Of a DNA stretch of 64,000 nucleotides, positions 43,826-56,000 are shown one piece after another (the first letter of the stretch is position 1; each line of letters opens with the position of its first letter). The DNA comes from Podarcis pityusensis. Lineage: Eukaryota. The notes under the pieces were generated by a model. That model saw nothing but the letters and a program-made list of their open reading frames with translations, did not search any database and had not been told where the DNA came from. Made by a program: the position numbers and the translations under genes. Location: the NCBI GenBank assembly GCA_964106645.2, contig OZ067051.1; one strand, written 5' to 3'.

Positions 43826-46800
43826 CTGAAGTATGTCATGTTCTGCATAATGAACACAAACATTGGAAGATTTCCCAATAACCTAAAAGTATTAGAAATA
43901 ATATTTAGGATTAAAAAATAAAGAAAGCTTACTTAATGTGGTTTAAATGTTATATTCCAACCGTTTCAAAGCATTACTAGGATATTATTTTTCTTTGAGT
44001 AATTGTACATATTTTGATACGTGATTGTGCTATAATAAAATGTTAACCACTTAAATGTATGCAGGTTTCCTTAGGAGGATAACCTAAGGAATGTGTCCTC
44101 TTTTTTTGCTCTTCAAAGTATGGCAATCCTGGTATACAAGTATGATCCAGTTCCGGCCTTGAAAAAAACCTGTTCCATCAGCTTTTACAAAAAGTTCCCT
44201 GCCAGCTTTCCTGGAGCTTTTCCAGGAACTTCTGTCGATTCTTACTTGCCCTGATCAAAAATGTAAATCTAGTTCATTAAAGGGCTCTTCTTCCAGAAGC
44301 TCAGGAAAACTGATTCTCACACAATGAGCACAGAGAGAAAAGACTTTAATGGCAAATCTTTCAGAGGAATATGTTCTATGAAGGAATTTGAATTGTGGCC
44401 AACAATCCCCTTCCGAAATGCTCAACAGTCCTCACCGAGGATTACACACAATATTTTAATGGCAAACAATCACAGCTATGGCACTAGAACCCCGAGGCCC
44501 CTCTCAGGCACGCAGGCACCAAAGGGTATTCAAGATGCAGATCACCACTCCAGTGAGAGCGAGAGAGTGAAAGAGAGAGAACGGGGGGGGGGGGGGGAGA
44601 GAGAAAAGCACCACACTGCCATTTCCAACCAGTCACCACAAGTGCCTGAAAGTCTGACTGCCTCTTACCTTTGTAGTTGGGTCTTAGTTGCCTAATCCTT
44701 TTGTCTGTGGAATGGAAACACTCTGGTCCATCAACAGAACTTCCTAGGCAGAGCACCTTTGGGGTGGTGGACCATTTGTGAAGCAGACAGGCTTCATCTT
44801 GCAGGAAATGGGGTGGGTGGAGGGGGGGTAAGACAGGGCATGGTTCCCAACAACTACACAGGGGAGCAACCTTTAATTGGGAAGTGTTGATAACTAGCGT
44901 GAACTAAGCCAGTGCTTTTTCAGAGAGCATCTCTAGTGCTTACCTATATTACCAGCTGCACATTCCTGCCCATAACTGTCACTGGCTGGCAGTGCTACAC
45001 CTGGCAGCTGAGGGGGCAGAACTGAAAAAGTCCCCCCACCCTCCCCTTTAGACTCAGGTTATACAAACAAGGGTAAAAATAAAATACTAATCCATGCGCA
45101 GTACACACTTTGACTGCTTCAAATCTGTCACTTTGACACGACTCACTGAGTATAATCCAGCGGATAAGGAAATCTCCACCAGGAAGAGAAATAACTTGTG
45201 TTGCCACAACTCACTGATTAGACATTTGCGTTTGCAGGGGTGGGTGGAGCTAAATTAGGAAAAGGCTTCTTTGTCCAAACTGACGTGCCTGAGCCACCAC
45301 ACAGCCGGCTTCAAAAACAGGAACAAGTAAGTGCATTGCATTTCAACTGCCACATTCCAAAAAGAAAGAAGGTCTTCACACAGGGGAAAGATACCATGAC
45401 AAAAAAGGAGGAGGGGAAGAGGGAGGCAAAAGGTGGAAGAGAAAGGGGAGAAATGAGAACCAGACCCAGCTATTTAACATAGCCAATTTTTAAGAAAGGC
45501 ACATTTACATTACTTTCTGAAGCTTCCTCCTTAATTCCAGCAGGAGCTGGTGCTGAGGAAATATAGCACATAGTGTGACCTGATGTTTTCGCTCTGCCTC
45601 CTCACTTAAGCAGATGCTAATTCAGGGTTACAACCCCAGGGAACTTGATCATAACCCTACCATGGACCCTTTGGGCATCACTGAGGTTCATTACAAACTC
45701 CAGCGACCTGATTCTCTTCTCTACTTTGAAACCCTGGGGTGAACATAGCACCACAAAATGGTGCTATAATTTCCTATTGGGTGTGTGAAAAAGCAATCAA
45801 GTATGTGTAAACCACATGGGCACAATCTGAGGGGGCCAGCCTCTCCTCAAAATAGCCAGAGTTGCAAGAGAGCATCCTTCTGTCCATTTGAACTAGTCGG
45901 TGAGAGCCAAAATCCCTGCTGGGCTGGGCTCCTTACAACTGTAAACCAAATCTGCAGCAACAAACCACAAGATGCAGAGCAAAGAAATGCCAACAAGGAA
46001 CCCAGCATTGCAATGCTGCAACAGGGATTATTAATACTAGTGAAGACTATAGTCTCTACATTTGCAGTCACCCAAGACTGCTGCTTCCATGATACAGGGA
46101 TGGCAATTTTACCTATTCCATTCTACCTTCAAGGCATCACAAGACAAAAGGATGCATGATAGTATTACAAGATGGATTATACACACAGTTCTAATCTTAA
46201 TGGAAAGACTAGCAAATCCTGAATTTTCTCAGCTTTTTTATAGCTTAATTGCTGTAGAACACTAATCTTTCCTCTTGCTTTAAAGGAGAAATGAAAAAAT
46301 GGAGCAAATTCCTATTATAAACAATGAAGCCAGCTACTAAAGTACAGAGAATTTTGAAAGAAAGCAGCCTCCAAAGACAAAGAGTAGCAGCGATTACATG
46401 GCCTGTTGAATGAGGCCACAATTCATACACTCCTTTTCTTTTTACAGGCAGCCAAACAACTGTCCACACATAAAGTGTTTGGTACAAGTCCTTGATCTTA
46501 AGAAAAAAAGCCTTCCCAAACAGCTGAAAGCCTCCAGACTATTTCATAATTAGGTACACAAATGTGCTTATTAGAAAGATTCAAGTTTCTTTGATGTAAA
46601 TGTGCCTTCAGAAAGCAAACTCCAACATTGATATACAATGATATACAAAGTCAAACAACTAAAGTAGCTCTTGAAACAATATATATAAATTGGGTTGAAG
46701 TAGCAAATGAGGTGTTGTTTTTTTCCTGGTATGACTAACAACAGTTAGCTTGTGTCCATGTTAACAAATCAAATACTCTACTACTGACAAAATAAAACCA

Positions 46801-46921
46801 GAACCCACAAGAAAAAAAATGAAAAGTGCACAATGAAATCAAGAGTCTTGGATCAAGTATCTGTGGAGGATTGGAAATGTTTTGTCTGATGGACTTGATA
46901 TGCACAGGGCAGGAAGAGGTA

Positions 46922-47087
46922 TTAAAGTTTATCAGATGCTGATTTGGCCTGCCGGTCTACATAGAAGAGGATGTAAGCCTTGGCTTTCACCACCGTCTCC
47001 TCATCAGTCAGCGTCACGGTGCTGTCATTGAAATGGAACCATCGGCCTTCATGAGTCGCATAGGCTGTATAATGTCCAGAGCCAACC
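46922..47087 (-). CDS. USP3: USP3 last coding exon with His box ([22 protein letters not shown]...SASDKL*)
   Basis: cag|GGTT...TAA; ORF 46922-47107. Confidence 0.95.
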
Positions 47088-50000
47088 CTGAGAACATCAA
47101 GAAACATAGCATGAGGGAAATTAACTCACTGCTTTCTATTTTAAAAATAAGGCTAAGAGGTCATGGGGAAGGATCCTGGTTTTAGCTATTTCCTTCACCT
47201 TAAAATACTTGCCATGCCTCAGCTGCCTTTTCCTTCATTGGATACATCCAACGCAAACACTGATATGAAACATTTCCAGAATGCCTTCTAATGTTCAGGA
47301 GCCTTAGGCACATAGCCATGCAAAGATAAACGCAGCCTGTTAGTGGAAGAGGTTCTCTCCTCCTGCTCACTCTCAAGGCTGGGCTTATGCAAGGCTGAAG
47401 CATCCACTGGGAAAAGTCTGCACCCCTTCAGTCCTGCCTGCTCAAGGGCTGGGGCAGCATCCATTGGGCGTGCTCTCCATTAGTTTGGTCTTCACTGCCT
47501 TACTTTTTGACTGGAATACTTCTCTACTTCTATTCCCAGCATTTACTTAGCCAAGGCGGAAAATGACCCGTCTCCTTAAATGTGCCAGCAGTTTAACCCA
47601 TAATCAACCAGCCAGGGTCCCCACAATGCCTGGTGCATGAAGCAAGAGTGGCTACCCCTCCCCATGTCATAGAGAAAATAAATATGACTTATTTAGTTGG
47701 TGCTGTTGGCTTATTCAGGAAGAACCTCAGGCCCTGTTTTTGCCAGAAGCTATTCAGCACTGCATTTTCTTTTTCTGTTGCTACAAGCAGGAGCCCTTTT
47801 GGGGTCATGGGACTTGCCCAGGGCCACATAACAAGTGGAACAGTGGAACCCACATCTCAGGCCCAAGTCTAACAGACCAGCCACTAATCAGCCTACATCA
47901 TTTTTGAGAGTGTAGCCTGGTCAGTTACAGTCAGACCATATAATGTGAAGCCAGCTGGATTGTAATCCATTCAGGGTTTTGGGAAAGAACCAAGATCCCA
48001 CATTTAAATAGTTCTAATTCTGAATTATCTTTTTGTGTGTTAATTTATGTTGACTCCAATCTAGATCAAGAGGCATTTGTCTTCTAGATATGAGAGCTCT
48101 CCTTTTGAAAAAAAATAACAGCTCCTCTGACAACAAGCTGCTTCTCACCTGGATGACTGCACTTTTAAACAAAAAATCAAATGTGACCAGCTACCTCTCA
48201 TGTAGGAATTAAATGTATTTCCATTTCATTTAAGTAACTCAAATAAGATTGTGAAGTATAAAATTTCTATCAGGACCACAGACAATATTTTCAGGCAAAG
48301 CGTTGCATCTCTTTATTGATTTATTAAACTTAAAAGGGGAATTAACAAGATAAGCAAAGCTAACAAGGTCATTCTGCATAGATTAGGTTGACATAGCAAG
48401 GCTCCCTCTCTAGTCACCATTTCCAGTTGTTCCCATGCATTCTTTTTCAATTAATGCCTGGTTCCCAATGGAGTGATGCAGGTTTTACAGCAGAGAAGCC
48501 TTTCAATCATCAACTCAGAAAGGCAAAAGAGCCTTCAGGGTCCAATCATACTCACCCTGAACCGTGGTGCACCACCACAGCTGCAAGGTCATACAGACAG
48601 CTTTCTGGACCACTGTTTTCTGGCTGCAATTGGGAGGGGGACAAGGAAGAGAGACAAGAGAGAAGAGGAATTGAGAATTTCCCAGCAGCATTCCAGGGCC
48701 CCTGACTAGCAGCTCCCCATGACAAGTCACTGTACCTCTAGCAAGTAACATTTCATGTCTAGGCCTCTCAGGGGAAACTCAACATACGTGTCCACTTTGT
48801 TCCTCAGATAAGCTGTCCAGTGAAAGCGTTTTAGATGTAAGCACAGCACCTGTGGAATTAAAAATGGCACATAAGCCGAAGGACATGCCACAAATTCCTT
48901 AATGGAGGAGTACTTTAAAAACAACAGACCTGCCACCTCCTCTGCATGTCAAGAGCATATCATAGCAAAGTAGCTGTCACATTTATACCCACATGATCCT
49001 AGCAGAAACTTCCAAGTTTGCTTAAAGATAAAATTCCAGAAATAAAACATTTCCCCTCCTCCCCCCAAAAGGCCCATATGTAGTAGCAAAAACGACAAAG
49101 TACTGCAGCTCTGAGATACAAGCTATTTTACCGCAGAATGAACACTGAAGCAACATCCCACTTCAGGTTTGGGGTGTGCATTCACTTTGGTCAAAGCGTG
49201 CACTTTCAAAGTGGCTTGTTTTGAAAAGATTTGGCCCTTCTCTGACGCAAATCAGAATCTCTGACGCTTCTTCCAAGGCTTCCAAGGGACAGGCAACAAG
49301 TTTAAACTTTTCTCTACAAGCTCTCCACAATAGAAAAGGCCAGGCATGAAAGAGAAGTTCATTTTGTGACTGACAGCTCTAACTTCCAACCAAAGAATGA
49401 CTTTAGAAGGAATGTCTTCAATCATATAGGAAGGATGATAAAGTAATATGACAGACCTGTGCCACTGTTTTCCATTTCCCTGTGCTAGTTCATTCTCTTA
49501 GCAGCAGTAACACTGGAAGAGTGGTGGCTGGGTTTTTTTTTGGGGGGGGGGGTTTGCTTGTGATATGAATATCTCCTTATGCCAATCAAAATCACTCTCT
49601 CACTAAGACCCTTCCTTTAAAACTCCAGTCCCTTGAATCCTAATTTTTAAATAATTCCTCTTGTCTGAGTCTGTTCTATCTTGAGTGTTGCTTATTATCA
49701 GGTAAGTCGTTTCTGCTCATCTCTAAACCCAGCTGTGCTGGCTGAGGCAAATAGGGAGCTGTAGTCCAAATTATATGGGAGGCACCAGTTTGCAGAAGGC
49801 TGAGATCCATAATCTTTTACAAATTTCAACTCCTAGATCTCACCTTTGGTAGTTTCTGAATCCAAAATTTCTTGGTGGACTTTTGCTTCTTTTTACATTT
49901 GTGGCACATATAGAGCTCTGTTTCATCAAGTTCTTCCAGGTCTGTAAAACTGCGAAGACAATCTAGAACAATTGAATTGACATGATTAAAGTCATTTCCT

Positions 50001-53000
50001 CTGCTTTTTGACCCATCCCTCTAATGATCTAAATAAAAATACTGATGAAAGAGGCAAAAAAGGCAATTGATATATGCAGATGGCAAGGGTTTAAAAAAAC
50101 ACCACCACCTACCTGGTAATGTACACATTGGTCCATTTTCTTGGTTCTTACGTTTATTTCGGAAGTGACTTGGAATATCTAGCGAAAGGTCTAAAGAAGA
50201 CACAGGCAATTTCAAAATTAGTTTCTAATGTCAAAAACATAACATCTGCTCATAAAACTTTTCAAGATGCTTGATTTACCTAGGAATGGATCAAACTTTC
50301 TGGATTCAGTCCCACATATCAAGCAGTTGACTTCATTCTGCAGAATGCCTCCAAAGATGGCTGTGACAACAGTAGACGTGCCATTTCTGAAGATAACATT
50401 ACAAGGAGAAAAGGGTCAGCACTGCACAGCTGGTCACATTCAACTACCACCAAGAGCCCCTAGCCATGCTGAAAACATCCTTTAGGTCATCTAAGTTTCT
50501 TAGAACGGATATGGAGAGGTGCTTACATTCAGAAATGGAGCTACTAATATTGCCCCAAATACAACATAAATGTTATGCTCTGTCCAAGTGGCAAAAAGTA
50601 TCCCCAGATAAATAAATGAAGAAGCACCAGTTGTGGTTGAGAAGGAGTATACTGTACAAAAACATTTTTCTCCCTCTCTCATAACAGCAGAACCCAGGAA
50701 CACCCGATGAAGTTGAATGCTGGGAGATTCAGGACAGAAAAAAGAAAAGTACTTTTTCCACACACAGAATGCATAGTTACGCTATGGAATTAACTCCAGC
50801 AAGATGTGGTGATGGCTACCAACTTGGATGAATTTAAAGGATGATTAAAGAAATTTGTGGAAGGACATAAGGCTACGAATGGCAACTAGTTATTGATGAT
50901 GGCTCTGTTCTACCTCTAGGATCAGGAGAGGGCTGGAGAGGGCTACTGCACCCATGTCCTATACTTTCAAAAGGCTGAACCCTAAAGCTCAGCCTTTATA
51001 CTTCCCTTCACCTATCCCTCAAAGGCAGACACATTGCTGAGGCATGGAAGCACCACTTCAGCAGATGAGGATGCTTCCATTTAACTGGCCACTCTCCCAC
51101 TTCATCTACTTGGCATAAGAGGTCCATGTTTCCAAGGGACATACTCCCCATGTGTCACCTCACTTCCTGGCATACAAAGGGCAATGTGAGGGAACTGGAC
51201 ATGACGCAGAAAAATGCCACATGGTTATTGGGGGGGGGGGGGAGTTGGGATGCCAGGCTACTCTCCAGGAATTTCTGCTTGCCCCACCAATAAAGTGCAT
51301 CAGCTGTAAAAGGTAAATAGACCCCTAACCATTAGGTCCAGTCATGGCCGACTCTGGGGTTGCAGCTCTCATCTCACTTTACTGGCCAAGGGAGCCGGTG
51401 TACAGCTTCCAGGTCATGTGGCCAGCATGACTAAGCCGCTTCTGGCGAACCAGAGCAGCGTACGGAAACACAGTTTACCTTCCCGCTGGAGCGGTACCTA
51501 TTTATCTACTTGCACTTTGACGTGCTTTTGAACTGCTAGGTTGGCAGGAGGCATCAGCTGTGATGGGAAATAATTATCCATTGAAGATAACATGTCAGCT
51601 CCCAGGAGTCTGCCTTCAGCATGATCAGAGGCTGCAAGCCAAAGCCAGCTGCTAACATGCTGGCTCCCAACCTCTGTGAGCATTTTTCTGACAAACTTCT
51701 GCCAAAGGCCACTCCCAATCTTTGTTGTCTAGAAACTACATAATTTGCATTTTCTGCCCTACAATTCAGATCTTATGGTTTGAGGAAACCAGATTAAAAA
51801 CCTCTCTTCTTACATGCAGCATCTACTGCCACCAGAAAGACCCGAATTCTCTTGCAAGATGACTGAGCGGGAAACACCATTGAAGCCTCCTTGGAGTTCC
51901 AAGTGCAGATGGTCCAAAAGGTAACGCATGAATTCATGGGCATCTTGCTGCTGGTAGCCCCTTAACACAAACATATCAATGAATATACAGACTGCTTACT
52001 TACATTGGTACATAATTCACATTACATGGCATGGCTTACAAATCAGGAAATTTCAATTACATTGGATGTATCACTTTATAATAAAAAAAGGCTCAGAGTG
52101 ATCATTCTTGCCACTGTGACAACAGATATATGGCCCTGTAGTTCTACAACCAAACAAAAGGCCAACAAGCTTCCCTACAATAGCTCAAATGCAAAACTTA
52201 TTCGGAGCTGAAAGAAAATCCAGCAACGCGAAACACATTTTGAAATATGCCAATGTGGTAAGGTTGTGAAGGCGGTGGGAGTTTTGTACTTGTAGTGCAA
52301 TTTACTTTACCTAGATGGTTTATTTTCAAGACAGAGGAAGGGACATTTATATATTTTAAAAACCCTGTGAAAACAACTCTAAAATGAACACACTGCAGGC
52401 ATTGCAAATGTTCTGCAATATGAACTTATATTGTACTGTAGCCCTAACACATGGGAACGTATTTTATTTCAAAAGTAAACCAAGCACACACTGAAGTTGG
52501 GGAATGAGATCTGGCTACCACCAGCACCCCATCGCAACAGCTGCCACTTTAGGAATCCACCTATTCATGGATCTCCTGCCTGCTTCTCCAGGACCAACAG
52601 CAATGTTTCTTCATGAAAGTGCCCAGGCTGACAAGTGTGCCCACACAGGGTGCCTTTTTGTCACCTCCCTCAGAGATGGCACCCGGGGCAGACCGCCCCC
52701 TGCTCCCCTTCCTACACCCCTGTGCCCATGCACATTAATGTAAGAAAACATGGCAGCCAGCTCTGTAGCACCCATAACCAGCATGAGCCGAAAAAGGACT
52801 GACAGGAAGAAATAGGGAGAGCGGTTCAGTGGGTGTGCTATGGGGCCTGTGGGTTGCCCGACTGAGATATAGGAAAACAAAACAAAAAATAATCAACTGA
52901 ATGGTGTACATCCCCTGTATGTGGACATTTGCTGTGGCATCTACCTGCCTATAATAGTAATATCCTTACTGCTCTCTTGCCTCTTGTGTGCTCTAACTAC

Positions 53001-56000
53001 AACTGGATGCCATTTCATGGCTGCTGCTGTAATCATGCAGCAAAACTGGGGTTATGCTTTCAGCACAGTATCCAGTGCATCCACCCAATTCCAGAGAATG
53101 CTTGCTACTTATTGTGTGTCCCATTCCCAGCATTCAGTGGGAAAATTAATGCACTTATGGAGTCAGAACAGCACCACCAGACACAAAACAGGGACGTATC
53201 AGTACATTTTGGAGTATCCCCAAGGTTGGCAGAAGTACCACAAAACAAAACAAAACAAAAAACAGAACAGCAAAATGAGGACTGACTTGGGGGAAGGAGA
53301 AAAAGACACTGAAACCTAGGTAGGAGAAGGAATGGAAAATAAAATAAATGTGTTGATAAAAATGTGTAGAGAAGCCTCTCATTGTCTAGATGGGTCATTT
53401 CCTGGTGCACAATATGAATCCATTTTTAAATTTACCCAGGGATACAAGAAACCAATAGAGAAAACAAAAAAATTACCGTTTAGCTTTCTAATCACAGCAA
53501 ATATATAATTACATTTTTAGACTGCATTGCTCAGCATTTTATTTCAGGGTTTTGACTGGATTTTTATTGACAGCATGTATTTCATTTTACTTTCTTTTGT
53601 AGTCTTTTGATTTTATAACTTCTACTTTGTAAAACTACTTAGAAGCTTTTAAATATATATATTAGACAGTCTATAAATTGGTTAAACAAACAAATGGCAC
53701 ACCAGATTCGCCTGAAATTTGTACAAAACCAAAGCTTCTAAGCAATGTCAGTGTTTACAGTCCACTACAGGATTTTATACAATTATATTTCTTGGCAAAG
53801 AAGGTATTATATGTGCTATTAAGTACACAAAATTATCTGGAATCGATAACATTCCTAATCAAGACAATCTCACTAAGGATTTTATAGTTTTCCTCCGAGT
53901 TCTTTTTTTCAGACTGGGAAGCGAGGCTAGAGGACAGTGAAACCTGGGCCCGAGCTGGATCCACCCACAGTTTGAAAAATGGGAAACAAACTTAAAACTG
54001 TTCACGAAAAGCCTTCCAAGCATACACTTTCTCAAATGAGTATGCCAAACAAAGCCACCTGAAAAGGTTTGGTCCATATTGTTCATATTTTCTCAACAGG
54101 GAAATATTTGTAAAGTCTCCAAGAAAGAAACAGCCTTTCTCTCAGCCTAACTCAAGGCGGGTTCAAGCACAGAGCATCTAATGATGACTTGCACATGTTA
54201 AGAATACTGTTGGGGGCGGGAGGAAGAGACAGAATTGTAGATCCATCACTATACAAGCAGAGCCCTTCTCTGAGATTGCTTCAGAAACAAGACTCTTCAG
54301 TGCAGTCACATGCTTGAATCAGCATAGGGCTGGAGCAACAGCAACACTCTTTTAGAAAGGGGGAGCTATGTTAGTCTATCAGAGCAAAAATGAAGTCTCA
54401 TGGCGCCTTAAAGATGTAACAGACGTGAGAGTCCAGCTCCTCAGATGCGTGAAGTAATAGTCTCAGTTGGCAATGAGTGCAAAGAACAAACAAGAGACCG
54501 GAGGGAAACAAGATGCAAAAAAGACAGACTATGGCAGGGTGTCCCCCCCCCCCCATATTATATTAGCTTAGCAATGCCAAAATGCTTTATGAATATTGGT
54601 TATTTTTCACACATTTAAACTTTATGTAATTGTCCATGTATGTATTTTTTCAAATTCTTTCCCCTCTGATCTCACTGTCTACTTTTTTCACTCTCTGATT
54701 CCCTTAGGTATACATATACCTGCAATGCCAACCAAGGATAACATTTCCTCCATCTGATGAAATGCATTCGAGTGCCATAATATATTTATTGTCATTAACA
54801 TCCCTTTCTGTTAAAAGCAAACAAACCCACAGTGCTGAAAATCTGCTGGAGCCAACTTAGGGAGCAGAGCTCTTGCTTTGACTTCAAACAACTGTTGAGG
54901 AGGATAACTGGCCAAAAGTATTGTAGGAAGCACGATTATGACTTTTGCCCATTGCCTGAAACTACTGGTGCTAAACTTCCTTGATTCTCATCAGCCAGGG
55001 ATAGACAGACAGTTACTGGAAGAGGGAAAGGAATGGCCTGGGCTTCTCACTTCACAGGCTCTGGTTGTGCATTCAGAGCATCTTTTCAGCACTGCTAGAG
55101 GCATTAATACATCAACAGAACATCTTTACTACCTGAAAATATGGAGCAACTTACCTTCTGCACAATTAATCCTAATAGGGTTCAGTGCTCCTTTGAAAGA
55201 GGTTCAGGGGCCAGGACAGGGAGACCTTGGAGAGGAATGACACTTGGATTTACTTGTGTGAACTGTTCTTTTTGACAGCCTGGGTGCAAAATGCCTATTG
55301 CACATAGATTTATTCTCTTTGCAGCACTTATTTATAACTACAATGACAGAAACGAATTCAATATTGAGAGAATCAAGGAAGTTTTGCCCAGTATGTTTGC
55401 TTGAACCTGCTAGAGCTGTACATTTTTAAGCACAGTCCTTGCCAAAAGCAAAGGTTTGGGTTCTGTCAGGTACTTAAGCCATGTTGCACAGACTAAGAAC
55501 TTGGAATGACTTAGCCCTGCTAGACCTCAAATACAACAAAAACACTCAAAAACCACTAACACTGCTTCCTCTGTATACTGGAAGAATAAGAGCCTGCTGG
55601 CACACGGTGGGCATCATTCCTACAGAGCTAGAAGCTCTCAAGAGCAAGGTAACACTGCATTCAGGGACAACAAAATGCCATCGTTCTGGAGAGTCACTGA
55701 GTTGCTAACAGCACTCCTCCTTTTCTTATAGGACTTACCTAAAGTTTGGCATGATTTTCCAAACAACATAAAACAATGATTCAGGGCTGAACGCTGTTTG
55801 ACTCCCTTGCCACAAAGCACACAGAGTCTTCCGAAACTCTTCTACCAATGAACTGTGGAAGAAAATTGAAAAGTTTTTAATAGATGCATTGCCACTCAAC
55901 CCCACCCCCACTCACCATGGCCCCCTCCCCCTTTCCCCCTTTTCTTCCTAATGTAACACTAATGTCTCAACAAATGAAACTGATCTGTAGAAAAGGTAAC

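Larger units (their letters stand above)
43085..44132. mobile_element. Possible ~1-kb non-autonomous hAT-like DNA element hosting the PLE insertion
   Basis: Left end AATGCCATATGTCTGG, right end AAGTATGGCAATCCTG (TGCCATA inverted); GC-rich interior. Confidence 0.4.
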
